Positions 13,818 through 25,139 of a stretch of DNA of 64,000 bases are shown here, one piece after another. Source of the DNA: Rhizophagus irregularis (taxonomy: Eukaryota); contig NC_089435.1 in the NCBI RefSeq assembly GCF_026210795.1, positions 186,001-250,000 of the forward strand. Direction: 5' to 3'. Every line of letters starts with the position of its first letter. Position 1 is the stretch's first letter. The notes under the pieces were generated by a model. It ran no database searches, had not been told where the DNA came from, and saw nothing but the letters and a program-made list of their open reading frames with translations. A program made the position numbers and the translations under genes.

Positions 13818-14496
13818 TCATGTAAGGGCATATAATATAACTTAATTTAGTAATTAGTAATTTAATGAATAGAAGAAGGCTTTGTATAATCACATGATTA
13901 TTGGCATTTGTGTAATAACCTTAAACCCTTAATTTATACATATTGTCATTTACCAAATTTCCTTTTTATGACTAATAGAATTAATCACTGTATACCTTGT
14001 TCGAATAAAGAAGTTTAGACAGATATTTTATATATTATTTTTATATTACAAATCATTAAATGACAAAGTCATGGTTGTCAGCCTTTTTGAATTTAAAAAT
14101 CTACAAGCTTTCATATGAAACAGCTTGTGTACCAGATTTATAATTTTAGTTTTTTTACGTTCGGCCGATCTTATAATGTGACGATGTGATTTAAGACATA
14201 ATATTTTTAGTCACTTTTTTATTTTTTATTTTTTTTTTTAGCTTCTCTCTTAAAAAATGTCATTAAATTTTCTTTACTTTATACATTCTTTTCGCTTCTT
14301 TTAACCTATTTGCGTTCGTTGTTTAATTCTTTGTTATTCAGTTACTATTTTTAACATACTAGCGTTCGCTTATTTTTTTATATAAATATCAACATTTTCG
14401 AAATATTATCCTCTCTTTTTTTTAGAAAAAAAAAAAATATATAAAAATTAATTTTAGATTGAATTATTGATTAATTCAAACCATTACTTTTAAACA

Positions 14497-16332
14497 ATGA
14501 AGGCTTTAACATTAACATTGTTGTTGTTATTATCTGTCACATGTTTAACATTGATCAAAGAAATAACAGCTCAATGTTATGATTATACGAATGCATTGGA
14601 TATAAGTGCAAGAACTCCAATAACATGTAATATTGTTGATAATATTAAAGAACCACCGCCACCAATAGCTTCACCACAGCCACCATCGTCATCACCGCCA
14701 CCATCATCATCGCCATCACTATTACCAACAGCTTCAATATCGCCACCAGTTTCATCACCTTTACCATCAGCTTCAATATCACCACCACCAACTTCACCAC
14801 TACCATCAGCTTCTGCTAACTTAACAACAAATAATTTTATAATTAATTATAAATGTGAAATTGAGACAAATCAAGAATTATGTACAAAGGCACAAAAGTC
14901 TATAGAAAAAGTTTGCGAATTGTTAAAATCAAATCTAAATTTAATTACAAATATTAAAGTTGACGTTACTTTAAGAAATTTATGTCCTACAGATGCTAAA
15001 CAACCATGTAATGAGTTAGGAGGAGCAACATTTGCCAGAACCATGGAATTATTAGATGATGATAATGTTATTAGAGAATATCCAACAACACTTGTAAAAC
15101 AATTTGATTGTGAACGACATTATGAATTTGGTGATGTTGATATACGCGCTATATTTAATGGAGGGAATGTTACTTCTTTATGGTTTGAAGGAGATCCACA
15201 AATTACAAAAGATCAAAAAGATTTTAGAATAATAGTTTTAAAAGAATTTATTAAAGCGTTGGGTGTACAAACAAGTTTAATAGAACAACCAATTTTTTTA
15301 AACGTAACTCCAAAAGTTTTAACACCACAATTAACTTTAACAGATAATGGTGGTGGTTTAGAATTTATGGGATTTAAAGAATACGCTTTTGATAAATATT
15401 TGGTATTTCGTGGTAAACAAGTTCAACCGGTTAATGAAAATATTAAATCACTTAATGATTTTGCTAAAGTACCAGATAATAAATTTAATGATCAACAAGA
15501 ATTTGTAACAAAATTCGTTCAATCACAACAAATCGGTGTAGCTCAAAATATGGCGAATCTTTCTGTTACTCAATTTACTTTAGGTTTTCAGCCAAGAGGA
15601 TCAAAATCCGATGATGATATTATTATTCTAGAAACTCTTTTAAACCCTTACCAAAATGGTGTTAATATTAATAATTTTGATGCTAGCGTATATGCTGCAA
15701 CAGATGACTTTTTGATGATTTCACCTATCACAAGTGGCAAAACTCTTGAAGATTCTATGGGGAAATTTCCAAGTCCACTTGGTCCTAAATTAATCTCCTT
15801 GTTGGAAACTTTAGGGTAAGTTAATATTTATCAAAACTCTTGCACGACAAACATTAAATAAATTAAATAAACTTATTTTTTTTTTTTGTAATAAAAAAAA
15901 ATTAGATATCCTACCAAACGATTGCCAAATAATAATTTCAAAGTTTGTAACATTCCTTCGCCTCCTTCATCACCTTCTCCATCAAAGACTGTAACGACTG
16001 CCGTAACGACTTCTGTTACGACTCAAATTACAACAACAGTTCCTGTGGTTGTTACAACGACAATTCAACAAGATAATACTAGTGTTGTTTCAACTCAAAC
16101 TCAAAATGTTGTAACAAAAGTTGAGTCCGTGTCTCAAAGTGTTGTTACAACAGTCGTAGTTGTAGACGCTCCACAGTCACAGCCAATTCCTTCCCCGACA
16201 AATTCCGATGACCCTTTTCAAGGAGGAATTTATTCTAGTGGCTCTTCATATAAAAATCAAAATAATTTTAGTTCAATAATATTTATTATTCTAATTGTAT
16301 GTATAATAGGAAGTTTTCAAAGTATTATATAG
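14497..16332 (+). CDS. Catalytically dead metalloprotease paralog 5 with Pro/Ser-rich insert, Thr/Val/Ser-rich stalk and GPI-like tail
   Basis: Exons 14497-15815 and 15906-16332 are in frame. HExxH is replaced by KEFIKALGV (15241-15267) and SHxD by NNFD; DFLM and GPKL...LGY are retained. Confidence 0.88.
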
Positions 16333-16854
16333 ATCGATCATTTTATTAGATATTCATTTTACATTCTACTTACTTAATATGTATTAATTTTTAAAAAGAT
16401 ATTTAATTTTGGTAATTTTTAATCCGGAGATTGAATTTCAAAACCTTAGAAAATTCTTATAAAAATAAAGATGCAAATGTATTATAATACGTAACATGTG
16501 GCGGGACAATAATTTTTTAAAATTTCCTATTTTAATTCGTCACAATTATAAACAAAATTACAAAAAAATTACTGAATAAAGAAATATAATGAATTTACGC
16601 TAAACCACAACTATTCATGTCTTGTCTCCAAAAAAAGGTAGTTAAAAATTCATTCATTATGATATTTCTATAATAGATTGTATCATCAAAGATTTCAACT
16701 TCGAAATTCTATGAAAAGAATTTTTCGTATTTATGACATTAATTGACTTTTCATGTGATAAAATTCAAGTATAAAAACTCGAGAAAAAAATTCTCTTGAA
16801 ATTTTAATTTTGCTTTTTGAATTTTGAAATAATTTAAAGTATCTATTATTCAAA

Positions 16855-17459
16855 ATGAACAAAATTATTGGTATCACCCTTTTTCTTTTCTTCATTTTTT
16901 CATCTTATATCTCGGCAGTTCCAAATCCTATGATAAAACGTCAGGGGGACGGTAGCGATCCATTAAGTGGTTTCAAACCTTGTAATGGAACTACTTATCC
17001 AATTACTTTTACGAAGTTCAGTTTCGACCCAAATCCGATCGTAATAGGACAGACCTTAACTACGACAGTGGCCGGTACAAGCAATGAAGAAATAAAAGAA
17101 GGCGCAATTCAAACAACATCAGCATTTTCTAACGGACAATTAGTATTTAACCAACAAACTGATTATTGTAAAGTGTCAGTTGAACCAACCGGAGCAAAAT
17201 GTCCACTTCCACCTGGAGATTTTGATGCTTCTATAACATCCGTTCCCGCGGCTAGTTCCAATGATCCTTCAGGCACTACTTTATCATTTGATGTTGTATT
17301 TAAAAGTAAGAATAACTTATAAATTTATATTTATTCGATTTAAGATAAATGAATTGATTTTAATATATATATATATATTTTTCTTTAGTTATTAATCCTG
17401 ATAATACCGAATTGACATGCATGGAAGGACCATTTAGTATTACTTTCCCTCCAAAATAA
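16855..17459 (+). CDS. Secreted ML-domain (MD-2/NPC2-like) lipid-binding protein
   Basis: Signal peptide plus KR site; GFKPC...FDPNPIVIGQ...DYC...CPLPPG. Exon 2 (17389-17459) supplies the last Cys (LTCMEG). Confidence 0.85.
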
Positions 17460-18588
17460 TTGACGATATGATGTAATTTATAAACATTTTATTATCCGAT
17501 ATTTATAGAATAATTATCCGATGATCTAATATTATAAATATATATTATACACACAATTAATTTCTTTTTTTTCACTTTATTATTGTTATGAAATATGAGT
17601 AGCAAATTATTTTATGACAATGAAATTATTTTTAGTATTATAATTATTTTTAAATAAAGTTGTCTTCTAAAACTTATACATTTGTTATCTGATATACCCC
17701 ATATTTGAAAATTTCTTGGCGGATAGTAAGATATTCTCGAAATAAGAAAGACAAAAAAAAAAAAAAAAATATAAATATTTCCGACTGAAAATTTTCTTGG
17801 CACATAAAGAACGAAACAATCCAATCTATATATAGTTTAAATGTGATACAATAAACAATACAGTTAAGGGATATTAGAAACACGTATTAAAGTTTTGATT
17901 TTTAATATATGGGTTTTCAGGATGCATAATAATATATCTTGGCATACTTTTTACCACGTGATATGAAACAAATAATTTCTTTTTTCTCTGAATTTCTTAA
18001 ATTGATTAATTAATTTAACAAAAAAATCATAAAAGGGCAAGGCCCTCTCGTTGTTAATAATATTTTTATAAACAAAGTTTGTTGAAACGTATCCACATAT
18101 AGATTACAAGGGTAAATTAAAACTGCGGAATTTATTAGTATTACCAAAAAAGGATAAAAATAAATTAAAAAATTAATCACAAATCGAATTGTACTCGGTA
18201 AAACTCGTTTAGTGGAACAATACTGAAACATTTTTTTTTTTGAAAAAATAAATAAATAGATATTGATCCTAGTGTAGATATAATTTTTCTTTTTAATCAC
18301 TTTTTATTTATTTATATATTTTTTTTTTTCTTTATCTTTTATAAGATCGATTATATATATAAATAAATATATAAATACATATTCTTTTTTGTCAAAAATT
18401 TTTTTTTGGCAAATAACTCTCGTTTTTCTATTATTATAATTTCCTTGACGGAAATCATATATTAATAACAGAACTTCTGGTAAGCTCTGTTTCCCCTTTC
18501 CCATCCCTCCTCCTTTTAATTTTTTATATCATTTTAATACCACTTAAAGCATAAAACACCAGAACAAAGCAGCAACAAAATAAAAATC

Positions 18589-20010
18589 ATGAAACCATCA
18601 TCATTTTCATTTATTCTTTCACTCTTGCTATTTATTAGCATCGAATCTATGATTCAAGTAAATGCTATGTGTTGGGAACATAGCAATCCACTTAAACCAT
18701 GGGAGAAAACGAAGTCAACATTTTGTGGTACGCAAGATAAGCCAAAAAACAAATTAACAATCGATAAAGGAAATTCGCTAGCTTCCTTTTTAGCACCAGC
18801 TGATGCATTTCAATTTGTTTTCTCTTGTGGAGTTCCAGATCAAGTTTTATGTAGTAAAGCAGAAAATTCATTTAAAGAAGCAGGATTAATTATAGCAAAT
18901 TTAGTTAATTTCACTACACCTTTAAGAGTTAATGCTACTTTTACAGATTTTTGTCGAGACCTTGGTGAATGTGATGGTAAAATTCTTGGAGCAGCAAGTG
19001 CAGCGAGAACAATTCCTTTACAAGATGATGATAATAAAATTAGACAATATCCACAAGCATTAGCAAAACAATTTTTATTACAACCAGAACCTCAATGGGG
19101 ACCTTTTGATATTCAAGCTTTTTTTAACGCTGAAGCTGATTTGTTTTTTGATGGTGATAATACACCAATTACACCTACTCAATTTGATTTTCGTTATATT
19201 ATTTTACATGAACTTATTCATGGTCTTGGTTTTGCTTCCGGTTGGAATAGTTATTTCAGTAGTGATAATGGTAATAATGCTGTTGCTTTGACTCCTGATC
19301 CAGGTTTTCTCGAGCAATTAACAGGTTTAAATGATCCTGTGACTTTTACTGGATTTGAAGAAACTGCATTTGATAAATATATGGTAAATGCAAAAATAAA
19401 AACTCAATCTCCGAAAAGAATGACTGATTATGCGGATAAAATAAATAGTTTTGCTAAAATTGGTACTAAATTCCCAAGTGTACAGGCTTTATTAACATCA
19501 TTTCAAAGATCTCAATCATTTTTAACTTCTAATGATTTAATCATTGATAGTCAAACTCCAAAAACTTTTGCTTTTCAACCTAAAAGTGCTAAAACCACAG
19601 ATGATTTAATTTTTTTGGAAACGAATATAAATCCTTTCCAACAAGGATCATCTATTTCTCACGTAGATATTGTATCTTTTAATAATAATAGTGATTTCTT
19701 GGAAGTTTTTAATGCTAAACGTGGTCAAAACTTGGATCAAATTCTTGCTAGTGTTGGTGGAACTTACCCTATTGGTCCAAAATTACAATCCGTTTTAGAA
19801 ACTTTAGGGTATACTACGGCAAACAATCCAAATCCATATAAACCAAGTTTACCTAATAGTCCAAAATTGAATGCTGCTCCCCCACCTCCATTACCTGTCG
19901 CTAATCAAAGTGGTAAAAATAAAATGTCAACTTCCACCGCTACATCTTTAAAATTTAGATTTAATATTTTACCTGTATTTATAATTGTAGTCGTTGTTTT
20001 ATTATTATAG
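18589..20010 (+). CDS. Secreted zinc metalloprotease-like paralog 6 (intronless, Pro-rich linker, GPI-like tail)
   Basis: 473 aa ORF. HELIHGLGF and GSSISHVD are present, but DFLE replaces DFLM. Hydrophobic C-terminus. Confidence 0.9.
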   Translation: MKPSSFSFILSLLLFISIESMIQVNAMCWEHSNPLKPWEKTKSTFCGTQDKPKNKLTIDKGNSLASFLAPADAFQFVFSCGVPDQVLCSKAENSFKEAGLIIANLVNFTTPLRVNATFTDFCRDLGECDGKILGAASAARTIPLQDDDNKIRQYPQALAKQFLLQPEPQWGPFDIQAFFNAEADLFFDGDNTPITPTQFDFRYIILHELIHGLGFASGWNSYFSSDNGNNAVALTPDPGFLEQLTGLNDPVTFTGFEETAFDKYMVNAKIKTQSPKRMTDYADKINSFAKIGTKFPSVQALLTSFQRSQSFLTSNDLIIDSQTPKTFAFQPKSAKTTDDLIFLETNINPFQQGSSISHVDIVSFNNNSDFLEVFNAKRGQNLDQILASVGGTYPIGPKLQSVLETLGYTTANNPNPYKPSLPNSPKLNAAPPPPLPVANQSGKNKMSTSTATSLKFRFNILPVFIIVVVVLLL

Positions 20011-20226
20011 ATTTTTTGGGGGCGTGTAAAATTTAATATGTTAATTTAAAGTGTGGAAAAAAAAAAATTATAAATAAATAAAAAAAAAAATGTGTTTAAT
20101 TTACAGAATAAATTATTTTTGATTAGATTATATTTATTATTATTTATTTATTTATTTTTAAAAAAGAGATACATTTGTATATATTATGTAATAAAAAAAA
20201 TTAATTCTTATTTGAAAATAATTAAA

Positions 20227-20308
20227 CGACAACAGCAGGGTTTGAACCTGCGCTCCCATAGGGAATCAGATTTCAAGTCTGACGCCTTAACCACTCGGCC
20301 ATGTTGTC
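20227..20308 (-). tRNA. tRNA-Ser (anticodon TGA)
   Basis: Minus strand GACAACA TGGCCGAGTGGTTAAGGCG TCAGA-CTTGAAA-TCTGA, long variable arm, GCAGG-TTCAAAC-CCTGC, TGTTGTC G; 82 nt class II cloverleaf. Confidence 0.95.
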
Positions 20309-20871
20309 TAATAAACCTGATTATTTATCAAAGTAAAATTATTTAAATAATAAATTTTATTTTTAATAAAAATTTCCCGAAATTAATTTGATAACATGGG
20401 CATTATCTTTTATCAATATTCGACATCAATTTTGTTTCCCTATCTACAATAAAGTCATTTTTATGATAAGGGAAAAATGTTCTTATTTTTATTTAATTAA
20501 TCTATTTATTAAGTGACTCTAACTTTGATGTCTCGATCATTCAATAGCTTTTCATCTATTTAAAAATAAATTATTATTGATTATTTTAGAATTTAAATTA
20601 CATGTTATATTAATCAATGTACATACAATATTATATATATTATAAAAAGACAATTCTCATGTTATTAACATTTTTTTTTATGAAAAAAAAAAAAATTTCT
20701 GGAATACAATAGGTAACTATCATGTAAATGATAGATATATTACTTTGAAGAAAGAAATAAATAGACTAACTCTAGCAAGAAAATATTTATAAATTAACGA
20801 ATTCATATTCCTTCGTTATCGATTAAATGTGTTTCCCATCTCCTCCCATTTTTCCACCATTTCACCATTTA

Positions 20872-21600
20872 TCATTCTTGTTTTTCTTCTTCTTGTTGTT
20901 GTTGTTGTTGATCATCTCTCTCCATTTCCATATACTCTTGTTGCATAAAATGATGTTGTTGACCAAGTGTAGGATAACCAACACTTATTTCAACTGTTGA
21001 AGGAGTAGATGTTCCATACATAGTTTGAGAACGTTGAGGAGGACGATGTGTACCCGCAGCCGGAGTAAATAAATCTTCATGTTCTTCTTTTTCATCTTCT
21101 GGTCCAATTATATCATCATCATGTTGAAATTTTTTAGAACTTCTTTCTCTTTCCCTTTCCCTTGAATCTCTCTTACTTTTTCTAAGTGAAGTGCGAGATC
21201 CACTTAATTGTAGAGGTTTTAAGCCACGAGATGATTCAGCTAATCTTTTACGACGATTGCAAAAAAATAACGCAACAACTAAACAACAAACAACTACAAT
21301 AGCAACTACAACTACAATTGCTATAGCTAATGGTGAACTTAATTTATTAGCTGTTGTTTTTTCACTAGAATTTGTTGTATCTAAATTACTCAGTGTGGAA
21401 TTTAGAAATAATGGTGGTACTGGTTCTCCAGACCAGTCACACTTTTCACTTATACATTTTCCATTTGAAATACAATCACTATCAATTGTACAATAAAATG
21501 TACATTTATTATCTAAACATATTTGACCAGCGATTGAATAATTACAATCTTGGTTTGCTTGACAAGCTTGATCTGCATTAACGGGGGAAGGTTCAGTCAT
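20872..21600 (-). CDS. Single-pass membrane protein with N-terminal tandem 4-Cys modules and charged cytoplasmic tail
   Basis: 242 aa ORF: two Cx5C-xn-Cx4C repeats, S/T linker, hydrophobic segment followed by RRKR, then R/E- and Q-rich tail. No N-terminal signal peptide. Confidence 0.82.
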   Translation of the reverse strand: MTEPSPVNADQACQANQDCNYSIAGQICLDNKCTFYCTIDSDCISNGKCISEKCDWSGEPVPPLFLNSTLSNLDTTNSSEKTTANKLSSPLAIAIVVVVAIVVVCCLVVALFFCNRRKRLAESSRGLKPLQLSGSRTSLRKSKRDSRERERERSSKKFQHDDDIIGPEDEKEEHEDLFTPAAGTHRPPQRSQTMYGTSTPSTVEISVGYPTLGQQHHFMQQEYMEMERDDQQQQQQEEEKQE

Positions 21601-22685
21601 GGAAGCGAAGAATTTTTGTTTTATAAAACAACATTTAATTATCCAAAACTACTTCTCTAAATGAAAGAATAAAGATCGTCTATTTTTTTTTCTTATCGGA
21701 GAAATTTGTTTTTTTTTAAAAAAAAAATTTAAATAGAAAGACAAATTTAACTAAGTTCAAAATCTTTTAAAAATTTTTTTCTTTTAGGCTTGAAATTTTT
21801 TTTTTTTTTTTTTTTTTTTTCCTTTGTCTGTTATTTTTACTTAATAAGCCCCATGGTTCTTCCGGAAGATCAGGTGCATGATGGGCTTAGATACTTGAGT
21901 AAAATATCATTATTTTCCGTAAGTCAAAAAAACGAATTTAGTATTACTTCGTTTTATATAAAGATAAATAAATAAACAAATAAATGTGGCTGTGAAGTTT
22001 AAACAGCCACAATGAAGCAATGCCGGAATTATCTTTATTTGGAGATATTTTAAGCCTTACGTGATCATAAATACGTGATCATATATACGTAAATCATTCA
22101 CATTTTTCCGAATTTTTAAAGCCGCAAACCGAAATTTCAAATCAAAATCCTTGTGTAACTTGTAATCTTTGCCTTAAAACCTTGACTAACCTATATATAG
22201 TATGTATAAATATAGGAAGATTAAAAAATTAATTCACGTAGTTAGGTCAAGTTTTCATCTATTTTGTTTTTCTGGTTTTTTTTTCTGGTTTTTTTTTCCT
22301 AGCTGGATTTGGTAAATTTTTGAATTGAACGTAAATTGAAATTGCGTAATCTTAAAATTTAAGGTTATCAATATATAGGTTACACCGCATTGAAAATGTT
22401 TAATCATTAAAAGAAATATCATTATTTACAAAATAAAATACATAACTCATATAGAAATGTAATAAAGCAAATAAAATTATCAATGAACAATAAACACGAA
22501 TAAAACAAAATAATTATTATGCTATTATTTATAATAAAAAAAAACCAAATCAAGAAAAAGGTTATTCGCAAAAAAAAATCTCCCTGCCGTCTTTAATATT
22601 GTCAATACTCGAATCTCATACAACCAATAAAAAAAAAAAAGAACTCAGGATTCAGGATTCAGTAATAAGATTTAAATTAATATCA

Positions 22686-24344
22686 TTAAATAAATGATGA
22701 CGTAAACTTACGATTAAGTAAATAATTAGAGAAATACCACATTATAGGAACTAATGGTACAATAAAATACCAAATTTGAGTCAATTCAAATACGCTATTT
22801 AATTTCATTGGTACAGTTCTTGGCGATTCATATCCTGTAAATCGTCCTTTTGTGTAAAATTCTTCCATCAACGCATCCTTCTCTATCCATCTTTGTCTTA
22901 GCCATTCTGTAAATTTATCCTCATCTTCGGGCATTTCTGAAATTGCATATTTTCGAATATGTAAATGTATATTACGTGGATATTGTCCTTCAAAATAAAT
23001 TTTTCTTAATGTATATATTTCTTCTGGAAATTGTCCTCTCCTCACTCCTTCTATCCCTATAGTTAAATCATATACATAATCAACGGATTTATGTAATGAT
23101 CCAGCACAAAAATGCAATCCTGTTGATCGTGGCAATAATACATGTTCATGATCCACCTAAAAAAGATGATCGAGAATAATTTAATCTAAATATATATATA
23201 TATACATTAAATTTATATTATCGACATACATACCAATCCAACTTTATCTGCATATTTTTTTGACGTTATACGCGTCACATCAGATACTACTGTTCCCTCT
23301 GGAAATATAAGCAACCATAAAGGTTCTTTGGAAGTAGCTAGAGTCGATAATGTCTTTGAAAACGGGCCTTTATCAGTTGCCCAATTTCGTTTCAAAAAAA
23401 TGTATTGGAAAAATTGCATACCCTAATTAAATAAGATATTATATTCGGTTCCGGTTTAGAAAATATAAACATATATATATTAAAATTTTTGTGTATATTA
23501 TTGTATACAACATATCATAAATAAATATTCAAAGAATATCAAATTAGTCAAAATTCTTACCCTATAAGTAATAAAAAAATGAATTAGTAATTGGATATAC
23601 AATCAATAATGCCAAAAGAACTGACAAAAACTTACCATCCAAATATCGGTAACCATTTTAGGGAATCTTTTAATATAATCTTAATTGCACCATGAGCATT
23701 AGCTAAATACGTAAAGCACCTAATATAGTAAAAATTGATAAAACACGCGCTTTGGGTCGAACCTTATGATAAATCAGTCGTTAATTCAACTGTATTGTGA
23801 GAAATAAGCTTACCACACGTATAACCAATCAGCGTATATCTATAAATGAGTTTATTAGTCTCAATTTAAATGACCACCTTGTATATTACTAATAGTATTT
23901 CTTACTTGATGATTTGCTATTAATATAAGTCTTTCGGGCATATCCAGTTCTACTTTAGCTCCGTTCCAACTTTGCTTTAAAACACCTTTGGCAGATTTAT
24001 CTACTGTGATAACAAAGTTGCTAGGAGCAAAGAACTGATTGATGGCAACCAATAAAATACCAAAACATCTTTGGGTATGTTTAATATAGCTTTGATAATA
24101 GGAATGCGAGAATGGCCAAAGCAAAAGACTAAGAAATTGAGAAAAGTTGAGCGCAGCTGACTGGCCAGCTAGAAAAAACGCGATTTGTATTATATTCAGA
24201 CTCAGGAGTAAGATAACGATGGTAGACTAAAACATAACGAGTAAGAGAAAGATTTTGATACTTACCAAAGAACACAACGAAAACAGCTGTGCGCACGAGC
24301 CACTGTACAAGATTTTGCGACTGCGGTTCCCCTAAAGCAGGCAT
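22686..24344 (-). CDS. PlsC-family lysophospholipid acyltransferase (LCLAT1/Cst26-like), multi-exon
   Basis: Motifs NHQ|IYADW, LKDSLKWLPIFGWGMQFF, FLKRNW, FPEGT, LLPRSTG, VYDLTI. ATG at 24344. The frame requires a 1-nt exon at 23561. Confidence 0.9.
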
Positions 24345-25139
24345 TTTTATAATCTCCAAAACAATAAGACGACCGTTAAACAAAAACAAGGTAAAAAAAT
24401 CTTTAGGGGAATAGAAAAAGAAAATTCTACTCTTACATAGGGCAAATACTGTGAAAAAAAGGAGGATGCATTATTTATATTTATAGTCATCAATTTTTTT
24501 AAGGTTTCTTAACAATAATAAGAGTGACACTTGTTAAACTCATGACCCCGTGAGGACGCATGGACGCAGGTCATGCGGATTGTTTACGTTATATAGAAAA
24601 TTGGCACTTCACTGTCACACTTTAATCCTAAATAAACCTGCAAATATATCAACAAATGATGATTATACACGATTTACACTTTCATTTTTGCACCCGATTC
24701 CCATAGCCATTTGAGGCTGTATTTGGTGTATCTATGGTCCATTTTGCTGCGGTTTACATAAAATTTTATAGGTTTAACTCTGATATGGTATTACCAAATG
24801 TACGTTGACGGGAGATACCAAAATTAACCCTCTGGACATTATGAATGATGGAATGAATTATCCAGTAAAAGATTTTTTTTATTCATGACTCATTAGTTTT
24901 ATATACATAAAAAATAATAAAAAAGCATAGAAACCTGGAATATAGCAAGATTTGATTTTGATTTTAACTTAACCAAGTTAAAACATTCGGTATGAATATA
25001 ATTAGAAAATCATTACTAATTTAGAAATTATATAAAGTATTAAGTTTATTACGCCCCATCATATTCTTCCGAAGAATGTATAAATAAGTGATCATCTTTT
25101 CTTTTTTTTTCCTTTTTTTGTTTTGATTTATTATCTAAA

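Noticed and set aside
11394..17961. CACGTG (Pho4-like) boxes upstream of protease genes
   Set aside because: The hexamer also occurs in transposon ends and intergenic DNA throughout the window, so enrichment cannot be shown.
20092..20346. 84-aa ORF
   Set aside because: Antisense to tRNA-Ser and made of low-complexity AT sequence.
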